In this document: positions 31,824 through 41,083 of the stretch, piece by piece
How positions within the stretch are numbered: the first letter of the stretch is position 1
Layout: each line of letters starts with the position of its first letter
Source of the DNA: Kofleriaceae bacterium
Lineage (GTDB): Bacteria > Myxococcota_A > Polyangia > Haliangiales > Haliangiaceae
DNA: 64,000 bases
Direction: 5' to 3'
NCBI GenBank assembly: GCA_046597055.1
Contig: JBKJLC010000297.1
Span: 1 to 64,000 of the forward strand
Notes under the pieces: model-generated
Databases searched by the model: none
What the model was told of the DNA's origin: nothing
What the model saw: the letters and a program-made list of their open reading frames with translations, nothing else
Position numbers and translations under genes: made by a program

Positions 31824-33931
31824 GCGAGACCCCGACCCGGATGCCGCGCCCGCGCACCGCCACGATCGCGGGCGCGGTGCTGCCGGCGGTGACCGCGGCC
31901 GCGCGCACCCGCGCCTGGCTCGCGGCGGGGACCCTGACGCTGCTGCTCGGCGGGGTGGGCTGGAAGGCCTGGGGCATCCAGGTCGCCGACGGCGCCCGCC
32001 TGCGCGAGCAGGCCGAGCGCCAGCACGTGCACACCGTCGAGATCCCGGCGCCACGTGGCGCGATCCTCGACGCGCGCGGCCGGCCGATGGCGATCTCGGC
32101 CGACACCGAGAGCGTGTTCGCCAACCCGCGCGCGGTGGTCGACGTCGCCGGCGCCGCCGACGGCCTGGCCCGCACGCTCGGGCTCGAGGTCAACCTGCTC
32201 GAGGCGCGGCTGGCGTCGCGCAAGCACTTCGTGTGGATCGCGCGTCGGGTCTCGCCGGCGCAGGCGGCCGCGGTGCGCAAGCTCGGCCTGACCGGCGTCG
32301 ACGTCACCCACGAGCCGCGTCGCTGGTACCCGGGCCAGTCCTCGGGCGGACCGGTGCTCGGCTTCTCCGGCATCGACGGCAACGGCCTCGATGGGCTCGA
32401 GCTGCAGATGGACGGGCTCCTCACCGGCCAGCGGGCGCGGTTCAGCGCGCTGCGCGACGCCCGCGGCAAGACCATGCTCGCCGACGGCATGAGCGACGCG
32501 ACCCCGGGCGCGACCGTGCAGCTCACGCTCGACCGCGCCATCCAGCACATCGCCGACCAGGCGCTCGCCGAGGCGGTGACCACCCACAAGGCCAAGTCGG
32601 GGACGGTGGTCGTGCTCGACGTCGCGACCGGCGCGGTGCTCGCGATGGCCAGCCAGCCGACCTACGATCCCAACGATCCGGCCGAGGCGGTCCGGGCCCA
32701 GGCCCGCAACCGCGCGGTGACCGACGTCTACGAGATCGGCTCGGTCATGAAGGTGTTCACGGTCGCGGCCGCGCTCGACGCCGGCGTGATCCGCCCCGAC
32801 GAGTGGTGGAACGTCGAGGGTGGCTCGTGGAAGATCGGGCGCAAGACCATCCGCGACGTCCACCACGACGAGGCGCTCACCACCGGCGGCATCATCAAGC
32901 GGTCGTCGAACGTCGGCGCGGTCAAGATCGGCCTGCGGCTCGGCCGCGAGCGGCTGTACGCCGCGCTGCGCCGGTTCGGCTTCGGCCAGGACACCGGCAT
33001 CGAGCTGCCCGGCGAGCAGTCGGGCCGGGTCCGGTCGGGCGCGTCGTGGCGCGAGATCGAGCTGGTGACGATCTCGTTCGGCTACGGCTTCACGGTGTCA
33101 CCGATCCAGATGGCGGCCGCGCTGGCGGCGATCGGCAACCGCGGCGTCTACCACGAGCCGCGGATCATCGAGCGGGTCACCGACGCGACCGGCGCGCTCA
33201 TCCACGAGCGCAAGCCGCCGGCGCGCGCGATCATGAAGCCGGCGACCGCGGCGGCGCTCCTGCCGATGCTGGCGTCGGTGTTCGACCGCGGCAGCAAGGA
33301 CGCCGGCACCGCCGGCAGCCTCTGGGTGCCGGGCTTCAAGGCCGGCGGCAAGACCGGCACCGCGCACAAGTACGATCCGGCGATCCGGCGCTACGCCGAC
33401 GACAAGTACCTGTCGTCGTTCGCCGGGCTGGCCCCGATCGGCGCGCCGCGGATCGCGATCGTGGTCGTGATCGACGAACCCTCGGGCGGCGACTACTTCG
33501 GCGGCAAGGTCGCCGGCCCGGTGTTCGCCAAGGTCGCGAGCGACACCCTGCGCTACCTGGGCGTGCCCGGCGATGCGCCGATGGACGCGCCGCCGCTGAA
33601 GCCGTTGGCCTCGCACGCGGCCAGGCCGGTGATGCCGATCGCGCCGACCCGCGAGGCCGCCGGCGATGGCGGCCCGCTGATCGACGCGCTCGCCCCGGGC
33701 GATGCCCACCCGATCCCCGACTTCGCCGGCATGAGCATCGGCAAGGCGCTCGCGACCGCGCGCGCCCGCGGCATCGACGTGGTGGTGTCCGGCTCGGGCC
33801 GCTGCGGCTCGCAGTCCCCGCCGGCCGGCGCCGCCGCCGCGGACACCGTGGTGACCCTGCACTTCGCCGACCCGTCGGGACCGACCGCCGCGCCGGTGGC
33901 CCCCACTTCGTCGAGCGCGGCGCGCGAGTAG
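31820..33931 (+). CDS. ftsI: Peptidoglycan transpeptidase PBP3 with PASTA domain
   Basis: RGAILD, SVMK (SxxK), SSN (SxN), KTGT, C-terminal IPDFAGMS PASTA. Confidence 0.95.
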   Translation: MSETPTRMPRPRTATIAGAVLPAVTAAARTRAWLAAGTLTLLLGGVGWKAWGIQVADGARLREQAERQHVHTVEIPAPRGAILDARGRPMAISADTESVFANPRAVVDVAGAADGLARTLGLEVNLLEARLASRKHFVWIARRVSPAQAAAVRKLGLTGVDVTHEPRRWYPGQSSGGPVLGFSGIDGNGLDGLELQMDGLLTGQRARFSALRDARGKTMLADGMSDATPGATVQLTLDRAIQHIADQALAEAVTTHKAKSGTVVVLDVATGAVLAMASQPTYDPNDPAEAVRAQARNRAVTDVYEIGSVMKVFTVAAALDAGVIRPDEWWNVEGGSWKIGRKTIRDVHHDEALTTGGIIKRSSNVGAVKIGLRLGRERLYAALRRFGFGQDTGIELPGEQSGRVRSGASWREIELVTISFGYGFTVSPIQMAAALAAIGNRGVYHEPRIIERVTDATGALIHERKPPARAIMKPATAAALLPMLASVFDRGSKDAGTAGSLWVPGFKAGGKTGTAHKYDPAIRRYADDKYLSSFAGLAPIGAPRIAIVVVIDEPSGGDYFGGKVAGPVFAKVASDTLRYLGVPGDAPMDAPPLKPLASHAARPVMPIAPTREAAGDGGPLIDALAPGDAHPIPDFAGMSIGKALATARARGIDVVVSGSGRCGSQSPPAGAAAADTVVTLHFADPSGPTAAPVAPTSSSAARE

Positions 33932-33993
33932 CGACCCTTGCCAGCCTGGACGAAATCGGGGAGGCTGCGCGTGCATCAGGTGAACGTCCGGTC

Positions 33994-36861
33994 ATGAAGC
34001 TCTCCGTACTCGCGTCCAGCGTCCCCGGCGCGCGCCTCGACGGCCCCGACGTCGACATCCGCGGCGTCACCAGCGACTCGCGCGCGGTGACCAAGGGCGA
34101 TCTGTTCGTCGCCGTGCGCGGGCGGCGCGCCGATGGCCACGCCTTCCTCGAGGGGGCGATCCGTCGCGGCGCGGCCGCGGTGGTGGTCGAGCAGCCCACC
34201 GAGGGGCTGGCGGTACCGCAGCTGGTGGTACCCGATGGCGGCCGCGCGCTCGGGCGCCTGATCGCCTGCCGGGCCGGCAACCCGTCGGTCGGCATGACGC
34301 TGATCGGCATCACCGGCACCAACGGCAAGACCACCTGCTCGTACCTGATCGAGAGCATCCTGGCCGCGGCCGGCCACACCGTCGGCGTGATCGGCACCGT
34401 GAGCTACCGCTGGGGCGGCGGGTCGATCGACGCGCCGTACACCACGCCGACCCCCGAGGTCCTCACCAGCGCGCTGGCCGAGATGGCCGCGGCCGGCTGC
34501 ACCCATGTCGTCCTCGAGACCACGTCGGCCGCGCTGGTCATGCACCGGCTGGCCGGGCTCCGCTTCCAGGTCGGCGCGTTCACCAACCTGACCCAGGATC
34601 ACCTCGATCTGCACGGCTCGATGGACGCGTACTGCGAGGCCAAGCAGCGGCTGTTCCGCGAGTACCTCGCCGACGACGGCGTGGCGGTGATCAACGTCGA
34701 CGATCCCGCCGGCGCCCTCATGGTCGCCGCGGCCGGACGCCACCGGGTGCTCGCGGTGTCGATCGAGGGCAGCGTGCTGCGGCCCGACGCCGGGCCGGCC
34801 ACCGCCGACGCCGAGCTGGTGCGGGTGGTCGAGCACACCTCGACCGTCGACGGCATCCGGGCCCGGATCCAGACCCCGCGCGGCGCCCTCGAGCTGGCGT
34901 CGCGGCCGCTGATCGGCAGCTACAACGTTGCCAACGTCGCGCTCGCGGTCGGGGTCGGTGAGGCGCTCGGGCTCGGCCACGACGCGATCACGCGCGGCAT
35001 CGCCGCCCTGATCGGCGTGCCGGGCCGGGTCGAGCGGGTCGCCAACGACGCCGGCCTCGATCTGGTCGTCGACTACGCCCACACCCCCGACGCGCTCGAC
35101 AACGTCTTGCGCACGCTGCGCCCGCTGGCGCGCCGCCGCCTGATCTGTGTGTTCGGCTGCGGCGGCGATCGCGATCCGACCAAGCGGCCGCTGATGGGCA
35201 AGGTGGTCGCCGAACGCGCCGACCTCGCGATCGTCACCAGCGACAACCCGCGCACCGAGGACCCGCGCGTGATCATCGAGGCGATCCTGCCCGGGGTGCC
35301 GCGGCCGTTTTACGTGGACGTCGACCGGCGCACCGCGATCCGCGCGGCGGTCGCCGAGGCCACCCCCGGCGACATCGTGCTGATCGCCGGCAAGGGCCAC
35401 GAGGACTACCAGATCCTGGGCACGACCAAGATCCACTTCGATGATCGCGAGGAGGCCGCCGCCGCCGCCGCGGCGCGCGCGCGCTGGACGCTCGGCGAGA
35501 TCGCGACCGCCACCGGCGGGACCGCATCCGGGCCGACCGAGACCGCCGCGCTCACCCGGATCACCATCGACGGCCGCGGCGCCGCCCCCGGCGACCTCTA
35601 CGTCGCGGTCACCGGCCAGCGCTTCGACGGCCACGACTTCGTCGCGCAGGCGGTCGCCGCCGGCGCCACCGGGGCGCTGGTCGCGCGGGGCCGGGCCCCG
35701 ACCGGGGTGGCCGCGATCGAGGTCGACGACCCGCTGATCGCGCTCGGCCAGCTGGCCGGCGTGCACCGCGCCCGCTGGGGCCAGGCCGACCCCGGCCGCC
35801 GGCTGGTCGCGGTCACCGGCTCGGCCGGCAAGACCACGACCAAGGAGCTGGTCCGCGCCGCGTTCGCCGGCGCCGGCGCCACCCACGCCGCGCCGGGCTC
35901 GCTCAACAACGAGACCGGGGTGCCGCTGACCCTGCTCGGGCTGCGCGATCATCATCAGTTCGCGGTGGTCGAGATGGGCATGCGCGGCGCCGGTCAGATC
36001 GAGTACCTGACCCGGTTCAGCCGCCCCGACGTCGCGGTGGTGGTCAACGCCGGCACCGCCCACATCGAGCTGCTCGGCACCACCGACGCGATCGCGCGGG
36101 CCAAGGCCGAGATCTGGCTCGGGCTCGCCGACGGCGGCATCGCGATCGCGCCCGGCGACGACGAGCGGCTGCTCGCGCTGGCGGTCGCCAACGCGCCGGC
36201 GGCGCGGCTGGTCACCTTCGGCGAGGCCGCGTCGGCCGACGTGCGCCTGCTCGGCTATCACCCGTACGGGCCCGGCGGCGCCGACCTCCACGTCGACGCG
36301 ATCGGGCAGCGCCGGCGCTTCCGGCTGCCGATGATCGGCCGCCACAACGCGGTCGACGCGACCTGCGCGCTGGCCGCGGTGCTCGCGTGCGGGCTCGATC
36401 TCGACGTCGCCCTGGCCGGCCTCGAGCGGGCCCGGCCGGCATCGATGCGCGGCGAGGTCGTCGACATCGGCGGCCGCCACGTGATCGTCGACTGCTACAA
36501 CGCCAACCCGGCCTCGATGGCGGCGGCGATCGATACCCTGGCCGAGCTGAAGGGCTCGGCCCGCGCGATCGCGGTGATCGGCGACATGCTCGAGCTCGGT
36601 GAGCACGCCCTCGAGGCCCACGCGGAGGTCGGCGAGCGGCTCGGCGATCTCGGCATCCCGGTGATCGCGATGGGCACGTACAAGCATCAGGTCGCCGCGG
36701 CGTCGGGAGACCCGGCGATGGCCTGGGCCACCGACGACCCGATCGTCGCCGCGCGCCAGGTGCTGGCCATGACCGAGCCCGGCGACTGGGTCCTGGTCAA
36801 GGCGTCACGCGGCATGCGCCTCGAGCGCGTCATCGCCGCCCTCACGGAGCTCGCCGTTTAG
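33994..36861 (+). CDS. murE-murF: Fused MurE-MurF ligase (955 aa)
   Basis: MurE: TGTNGKTT, NLTQDHLD, DYAHTPD, DNPR, GKGHEDYQ. In frame with no stop, MurF follows: TGSAGKTTTKE, NNETGVP, EMGM, DCYNANPASM, GDMLELG, KASRGMRLE. Confidence 0.95.
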   Translation: MKLSVLASSVPGARLDGPDVDIRGVTSDSRAVTKGDLFVAVRGRRADGHAFLEGAIRRGAAAVVVEQPTEGLAVPQLVVPDGGRALGRLIACRAGNPSVGMTLIGITGTNGKTTCSYLIESILAAAGHTVGVIGTVSYRWGGGSIDAPYTTPTPEVLTSALAEMAAAGCTHVVLETTSAALVMHRLAGLRFQVGAFTNLTQDHLDLHGSMDAYCEAKQRLFREYLADDGVAVINVDDPAGALMVAAAGRHRVLAVSIEGSVLRPDAGPATADAELVRVVEHTSTVDGIRARIQTPRGALELASRPLIGSYNVANVALAVGVGEALGLGHDAITRGIAALIGVPGRVERVANDAGLDLVVDYAHTPDALDNVLRTLRPLARRRLICVFGCGGDRDPTKRPLMGKVVAERADLAIVTSDNPRTEDPRVIIEAILPGVPRPFYVDVDRRTAIRAAVAEATPGDIVLIAGKGHEDYQILGTTKIHFDDREEAAAAAAARARWTLGEIATATGGTASGPTETAALTRITIDGRGAAPGDLYVAVTGQRFDGHDFVAQAVAAGATGALVARGRAPTGVAAIEVDDPLIALGQLAGVHRARWGQADPGRRLVAVTGSAGKTTTKELVRAAFAGAGATHAAPGSLNNETGVPLTLLGLRDHHQFAVVEMGMRGAGQIEYLTRFSRPDVAVVVNAGTAHIELLGTTDAIARAKAEIWLGLADGGIAIAPGDDERLLALAVANAPAARLVTFGEAASADVRLLGYHPYGPGGADLHVDAIGQRRRFRLPMIGRHNAVDATCALAAVLACGLDLDVALAGLERARPASMRGEVVDIGGRHVIVDCYNANPASMAAAIDTLAELKGSARAIAVIGDMLELGEHALEAHAEVGERLGDLGIPVIAMGTYKHQVAAASGDPAMAWATDDPIVAARQVLAMTEPGDWVLVKASRGMRLERVIAALTELAV

Positions 36862-38001
36862 ATGCTGTTCTGGCTCTTCTTCGACGTCCTCGCCGAGCAC
36901 GACTCGCTGTCGTGGCTGCGGGTCTTTCGCTACCCGTCGATGCGCATCCTGGCCGCGGCGATCACGGCGCTGCTCCTGTCGTTCGCGCTCGGCCCGTGGT
37001 TCATCGAGCGCCTGCGCTCGCGCCAGATCGGCCAGCAGATCCGCGAGGACGGGCCGCAGACCCACAAGAAGAAGGCGGGCACGCCGACCATGGGCGGCGC
37101 GCTGATCCTGTTCTGCTGGGTGGTGTCGACCCTCCTGTGGTGCGACCTCGAGAACCGGTTCGTGGTGCTGGCGCTGCTGGTGTCGGTGATGTTCGGCGCG
37201 ATCGGCTTCTGGGACGACTACGCCAAGGTCACCAAGAAGAACACCAAGGGCGTGTCCGGCAAGCTGCGCCTGCTGCTCGAGTTCGCGATCGCGATCAGCG
37301 CGATGACCTACCTCTTCATGTCCGACATGATGCCGCCCGAGCTGCGCCACGAGCTGCAGCTGCCGTTCACCAACTTCTACGAGGTGTCGCCGACGCTGGC
37401 GACCTGGCTGTACGTCGCGTTCGGCTCGTTCGTGGTGGTCGGCACCGCCAACGCGGTCAACCTCACCGACGGCCTCGACGGGCTCGCGATCGGCCCGGCG
37501 ATCGTGAACGCGGCGACCTTCCTGCTCCTGGCCTACATCGCCGGCGTCGAGACCACGATCCTCACCCGCAGCGGCGGCGAGGAGTCGATCGCGCAGTACC
37601 TGCACGTCGCCCACATCCCGGGCGTGGTCGAGCTGGCGGTGTTCTGCGCGGCGCTGTTCGGAGCCGGGATCGGCTTCCTCTGGTACAACACGTACCCGGC
37701 GAGCGTGTTCATGGGCGACGTCGGCTCGCTGTCGCTCGGCGGCGCGATCGGGATGCTCGCGGTCCTCACCAAGAACGAGCTGATCCTGGCGCTGGTCGGT
37801 GGCCTGTTCCTGATCGAGGCGCTGTCGGTGATCATCCAGGTCGGCTCGTTCAAGACCCGCAAGAAGCGCGTCTTCAAGATGGCGCCCATCCATCATCACT
37901 TCGAGCTCAAGGGCTGGGAGGAGCCGAAGATCATCGTGCGCTTCTGGCTGATCTCGATCCTGCTCGCGCTGCTGGCGCTCGGCACGCTGAAGCTGCGGTG
38001 A
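36862..38001 (+). CDS. mraY: Phospho-N-acetylmuramoyl-pentapeptide transferase
   Basis: [40 protein letters not shown]. Confidence 0.98.
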   Translation: MLFWLFFDVLAEHDSLSWLRVFRYPSMRILAAAITALLLSFALGPWFIERLRSRQIGQQIREDGPQTHKKKAGTPTMGGALILFCWVVSTLLWCDLENRFVVLALLVSVMFGAIGFWDDYAKVTKKNTKGVSGKLRLLLEFAIAISAMTYLFMSDMMPPELRHELQLPFTNFYEVSPTLATWLYVAFGSFVVVGTANAVNLTDGLDGLAIGPAIVNAATFLLLAYIAGVETTILTRSGGEESIAQYLHVAHIPGVVELAVFCAALFGAGIGFLWYNTYPASVFMGDVGSLSLGGAIGMLAVLTKNELILALVGGLFLIEALSVIIQVGSFKTRKKRVFKMAPIHHHFELKGWEEPKIIVRFWLISILLALLALGTLKLR

Positions 38002-39413
38002 CCCGGGTGGACCTGCGCGGCAAGCGAGTGGTCGTGGTCGGGCTGGCGCAGACCGGCATCGCGGTCGCCAGGTTCTGTCACCGGCGCGGCGCGACCGTGG
38101 TGATGACCGACGGCAAGCCGGCCGAGCAGCTCGGCGACCGGATGGCCCAGCTCGCGGAGGTGCCGGTGGTCTGGGAGCTCGGCGGCATGCGCGAGGCCTC
38201 GTTCACCAGCGCCGATCTGGTCGTGATGTCGCCCGGGGTGCCGACCCTGCCCGAGATGGTGGCCGCGCGCGCCGCCGGGGTCGAGGTGATCGCCGAGATC
38301 GAGCTGGCCTTCCGCTGCTTCCATCCCGGCGCGCGCCTGCTCGCGATCACCGGCACCAACGGCAAGTCGACCACGACCGCGCTCACCGGCGCCCTGTGCG
38401 CGGCCAGCGGCCGGCCCAGCTTCTGCGGCGGCAACCTCGGCAACATGCCGCTGATCGACGCCGTGGACCATCCGGCCAACGTCGCCGGCGGCCTGATCGT
38501 CGCCGAGGTCGCGGCGTTCATGCTCGAGCACTGCACCTCGTTCGCGCCCGACGCTGGCATCCTGACCAACGTGACGCCCGACCACCTCGACCGGTTCGGC
38601 ACGATGGAGCGCTACGCCGAGATGAAGGGCCGGATCTGGGCGTGGCAGCCAGCCGGCGCCGTCGCGATCGCCAACGCGGCCGACCCGTGGGTGGTCGCCG
38701 CGACGCCCGGGATCGCCGCCGAGCTGTTGTGGTTCGACTCGCGGCCGGGCGCCGCGGTCGCGCGCGGTGCCTGTCTGTCCGAAGGCCGGACAGATATGGT
38801 GCTGCGCGGCGTGCCCGGGGCCGACGCCGAGGAGCGCTACCCGGTGGAGGATCTGGTGATCATCGGCAATCACAACCTCGAGAACGCGATGGGCGCCTAC
38901 CTGGCGGCCCGCTCGGTCGGGGTGTCGGTCGCCGCGATCCGCGCGGGCGCCCGCAGCTACCGGCCGCTGCCGCACCGGATGGAGCGGGTCGGCGACCTGG
39001 ACGGCCTGCACTTCTACGATGACTCCAAGGGCACCAACGTCGCCTCGGTCGCGGCCTCGGTGCGCGGCTTCCCGCGCCCGCTGGTGCTGATCGCGGGCGG
39101 GGTCGACAAGGGCGGCTCGTACGCACCGATGCTCGAGGCGCTCGACGGCGTGTGCAAGGGCATCGTGCTGATCGGCGCGGCGGCGCCGCTGATCCGCGCC
39201 GCGTGCGAGGCCCACCCGGTGCGCTACCCGGTGCTCGACGCGCGCGACATGTTCGACGCGGTCGCCAAGGCCAGCGCGCTGGCCGGGTCCGGCGAGGCCG
39301 TGGTGCTGTCGCCGGCATGCGCGAGCTACGACATGTTCGACAACTTCGGCCACCGCGGCCGGGTCTTCCGCGACGCGGTCAGCGCGGTCGGCGCGCGCCG
39401 CCTCGACGGCTGA
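37998..39413 (+). CDS. murD: UDP-MurNAc-L-Ala:D-Glu ligase
   Basis: [51 protein letters not shown] overlap with mraY. Confidence 0.96.
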   Translation: MTRVDLRGKRVVVVGLAQTGIAVARFCHRRGATVVMTDGKPAEQLGDRMAQLAEVPVVWELGGMREASFTSADLVVMSPGVPTLPEMVAARAAGVEVIAEIELAFRCFHPGARLLAITGTNGKSTTTALTGALCAASGRPSFCGGNLGNMPLIDAVDHPANVAGGLIVAEVAAFMLEHCTSFAPDAGILTNVTPDHLDRFGTMERYAEMKGRIWAWQPAGAVAIANAADPWVVAATPGIAAELLWFDSRPGAAVARGACLSEGRTDMVLRGVPGADAEERYPVEDLVIIGNHNLENAMGAYLAARSVGVSVAAIRAGARSYRPLPHRMERVGDLDGLHFYDDSKGTNVASVAASVRGFPRPLVLIAGGVDKGGSYAPMLEALDGVCKGIVLIGAAAPLIRAACEAHPVRYPVLDARDMFDAVAKASALAGSGEAVVLSPACASYDMFDNFGHRGRVFRDAVSAVGARRLDG

Positions 39414-39574
39414 CGCCAGGTCGTCATCGACCGCGCCGACAAGCGGGTGATCGTGCGCCGGCGCGCGCTGCACACCCCGCTGGTCGGGGCGACCGGGTGG
39501 GCGTTGCGGCACCGCCGGCAGCACTTACCCACGCCTGACGGCGCGCGCCCGCGCCGGCGCGTATCACGGGAGGC

Positions 39575-41071
39575 ATGAAGCTCGCCTCGCTGGCCTCCTC
39601 GCTCCCGTTCGTCCTGTTCGCCGCCTGCTCGAGCGTCGCGGCCTCGGGGCCGGTCCCCGCCGCGGCGGCGCGGTCGGCCGGCCCGGTGGTCGCACCGGTC
39701 GCGGCCCTGGTCGCGAGCGCCGGCGATATCACCGGGGCCCCGGGGGCGAGCCTCGACGACGCCGCGATCGCCCGGCTGCGCGCCGAGGGCCCGCCCGCGC
39801 TGGCCCGCCTGCTGGCCGAATCCGACCGGCTGGCCGGGGAGCCGGCGCGCCAGGCCCTGGCCGCGACCATCGATCGGGTCGCCGGCCAGCGCTACGCGAC
39901 CGAGTCGCGGCTGTACTGGTACACCGACCTCGAGGCGGCCAAGGCGGTGGCGCGCGCGACCGGCAAGCCGATCCTGTCGCTCCGCATGCTGGGTCGGCTC
40001 GACCAGGACCTGTCGTGCGCCAACAGCCGGTTGTTCCGGACCACGCTGTACCCGGACGCGGCGGTGAGCCAGCTCCTGCGCGCGCAGTTCGTCTTGCACT
40101 GGTCGAGTGAGCGGCTGGTGCCCAAGGTGACGATCGACTTCGGCGACGGCCGCCGCATCGAGTCGACCGTGACCGGCAACAGCGCGCACTACGTGCTCGA
40201 TGCCGACGGCGCGCCGCTCGAGGTCCTGCCCGGGCTGTACGCGGCGCCGGTGTTCGTCCGCGAGCTCGCGGCGGCGCGCGTCCTGCACGCCTCGCTGCGC
40301 GGCAAGGACGCGACCACGCGGACCCGCGTGCTGTTGGCGCATCATCGCGCAGCGGTCAATCGGCTCGAGGGGCAGTGGGACCAGCTCGGCAAGGTGCCGG
40401 TGATCGAGGGTGGGCGCAGGCTGCTGACGCCAGCGGGCGTTGCCGACGTGCTCGCGCTCGCCCAGCGCGCCACCTTTTCGAAGGCGTACATCGAGGTTCC
40501 GCTGCTGAAGACGGTCGACGTCGGCGCCGATCCGGGCGCGCTGCCTCGCGACGTGGCGCTGTGGGCGGAGATCGGCCAGCGCCTGCTCGGGGTCGGCGAT
40601 CCTCCGGCGATGCCGCCCGGCGGCTTCGACCTGACGGGTTTGGGGCTGGCGGCGAACCAGGTCGCCCCCGGTGCCACCGCGCGCGTCCCGACGCGGAGCC
40701 GGCGCCGTCCGATCCTCGACCGGTCGGCGCGGACGCTGGTGGAGCGCCTGATGGTCACCCCGGCTCCCGACGATCTCCTGAGCGACGAGGCCGCCGCGCG
40801 AGCGCTGGTGATCGCGCGGCTCGAGCAGACGATCCTCGCCGACACCGCGCTCAACGAGGTCCGCCTGCGGCCGCTGATCCGCCAGCACCTGATCAACCAG
40901 CTCGAGACCTACGGCACGCTCGGCTTCGACGACGTCAACCGCTGGATCTACGACGTGGTGTTTCACACCCCGCGCGAGGACGCGTGGCTCGGGCTGGTGT
41001 CGAGCGACACCTTCACCGGCCTGCCCGCGGGTGGGATCGTGGCCGCGCAGAACGGACGGACACGCCTGTAG
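39575..41071 (+). CDS. Hypothetical lipoprotein with thioredoxin-like segment
   Basis: Lipobox FAAC; LYWYTDLEAAKAVARATGKPILSLRMLG..SCANSR resembles the start of a thioredoxin-7-like fold with a single Cys. Confidence 0.7.
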   Translation: MKLASLASSLPFVLFAACSSVAASGPVPAAAARSAGPVVAPVAALVASAGDITGAPGASLDDAAIARLRAEGPPALARLLAESDRLAGEPARQALAATIDRVAGQRYATESRLYWYTDLEAAKAVARATGKPILSLRMLGRLDQDLSCANSRLFRTTLYPDAAVSQLLRAQFVLHWSSERLVPKVTIDFGDGRRIESTVTGNSAHYVLDADGAPLEVLPGLYAAPVFVRELAAARVLHASLRGKDATTRTRVLLAHHRAAVNRLEGQWDQLGKVPVIEGGRRLLTPAGVADVLALAQRATFSKAYIEVPLLKTVDVGADPGALPRDVALWAEIGQRLLGVGDPPAMPPGGFDLTGLGLAANQVAPGATARVPTRSRRRPILDRSARTLVERLMVTPAPDDLLSDEAAARALVIARLEQTILADTALNEVRLRPLIRQHLINQLETYGTLGFDDVNRWIYDVVFHTPREDAWLGLVSSDTFTGLPAGGIVAAQNGRTRL

Positions 41072-41077
41072 TAGCCT
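41072..41077 (+). promoter_or_regulatory. Putative -10 element (TAGCCT) for a leaderless WGR-SWIM-thioredoxin transcript
   Basis: TAnnnT 6 nt upstream of GTG 41084, the same geometry as many other genes in the window. Confidence 0.5.
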
Positions 41078-41083
41078 GACGGC

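Noticed and set aside
32233..33993. N-terminal 587 aa of the 1542-aa ORF
   Set aside because: It overlaps ftsI in another frame and is low-complexity; MurE similarity starts at ATG 33994. The same logic trimmed the SWIM, thioredoxin, murD, hisC and murG ORFs.
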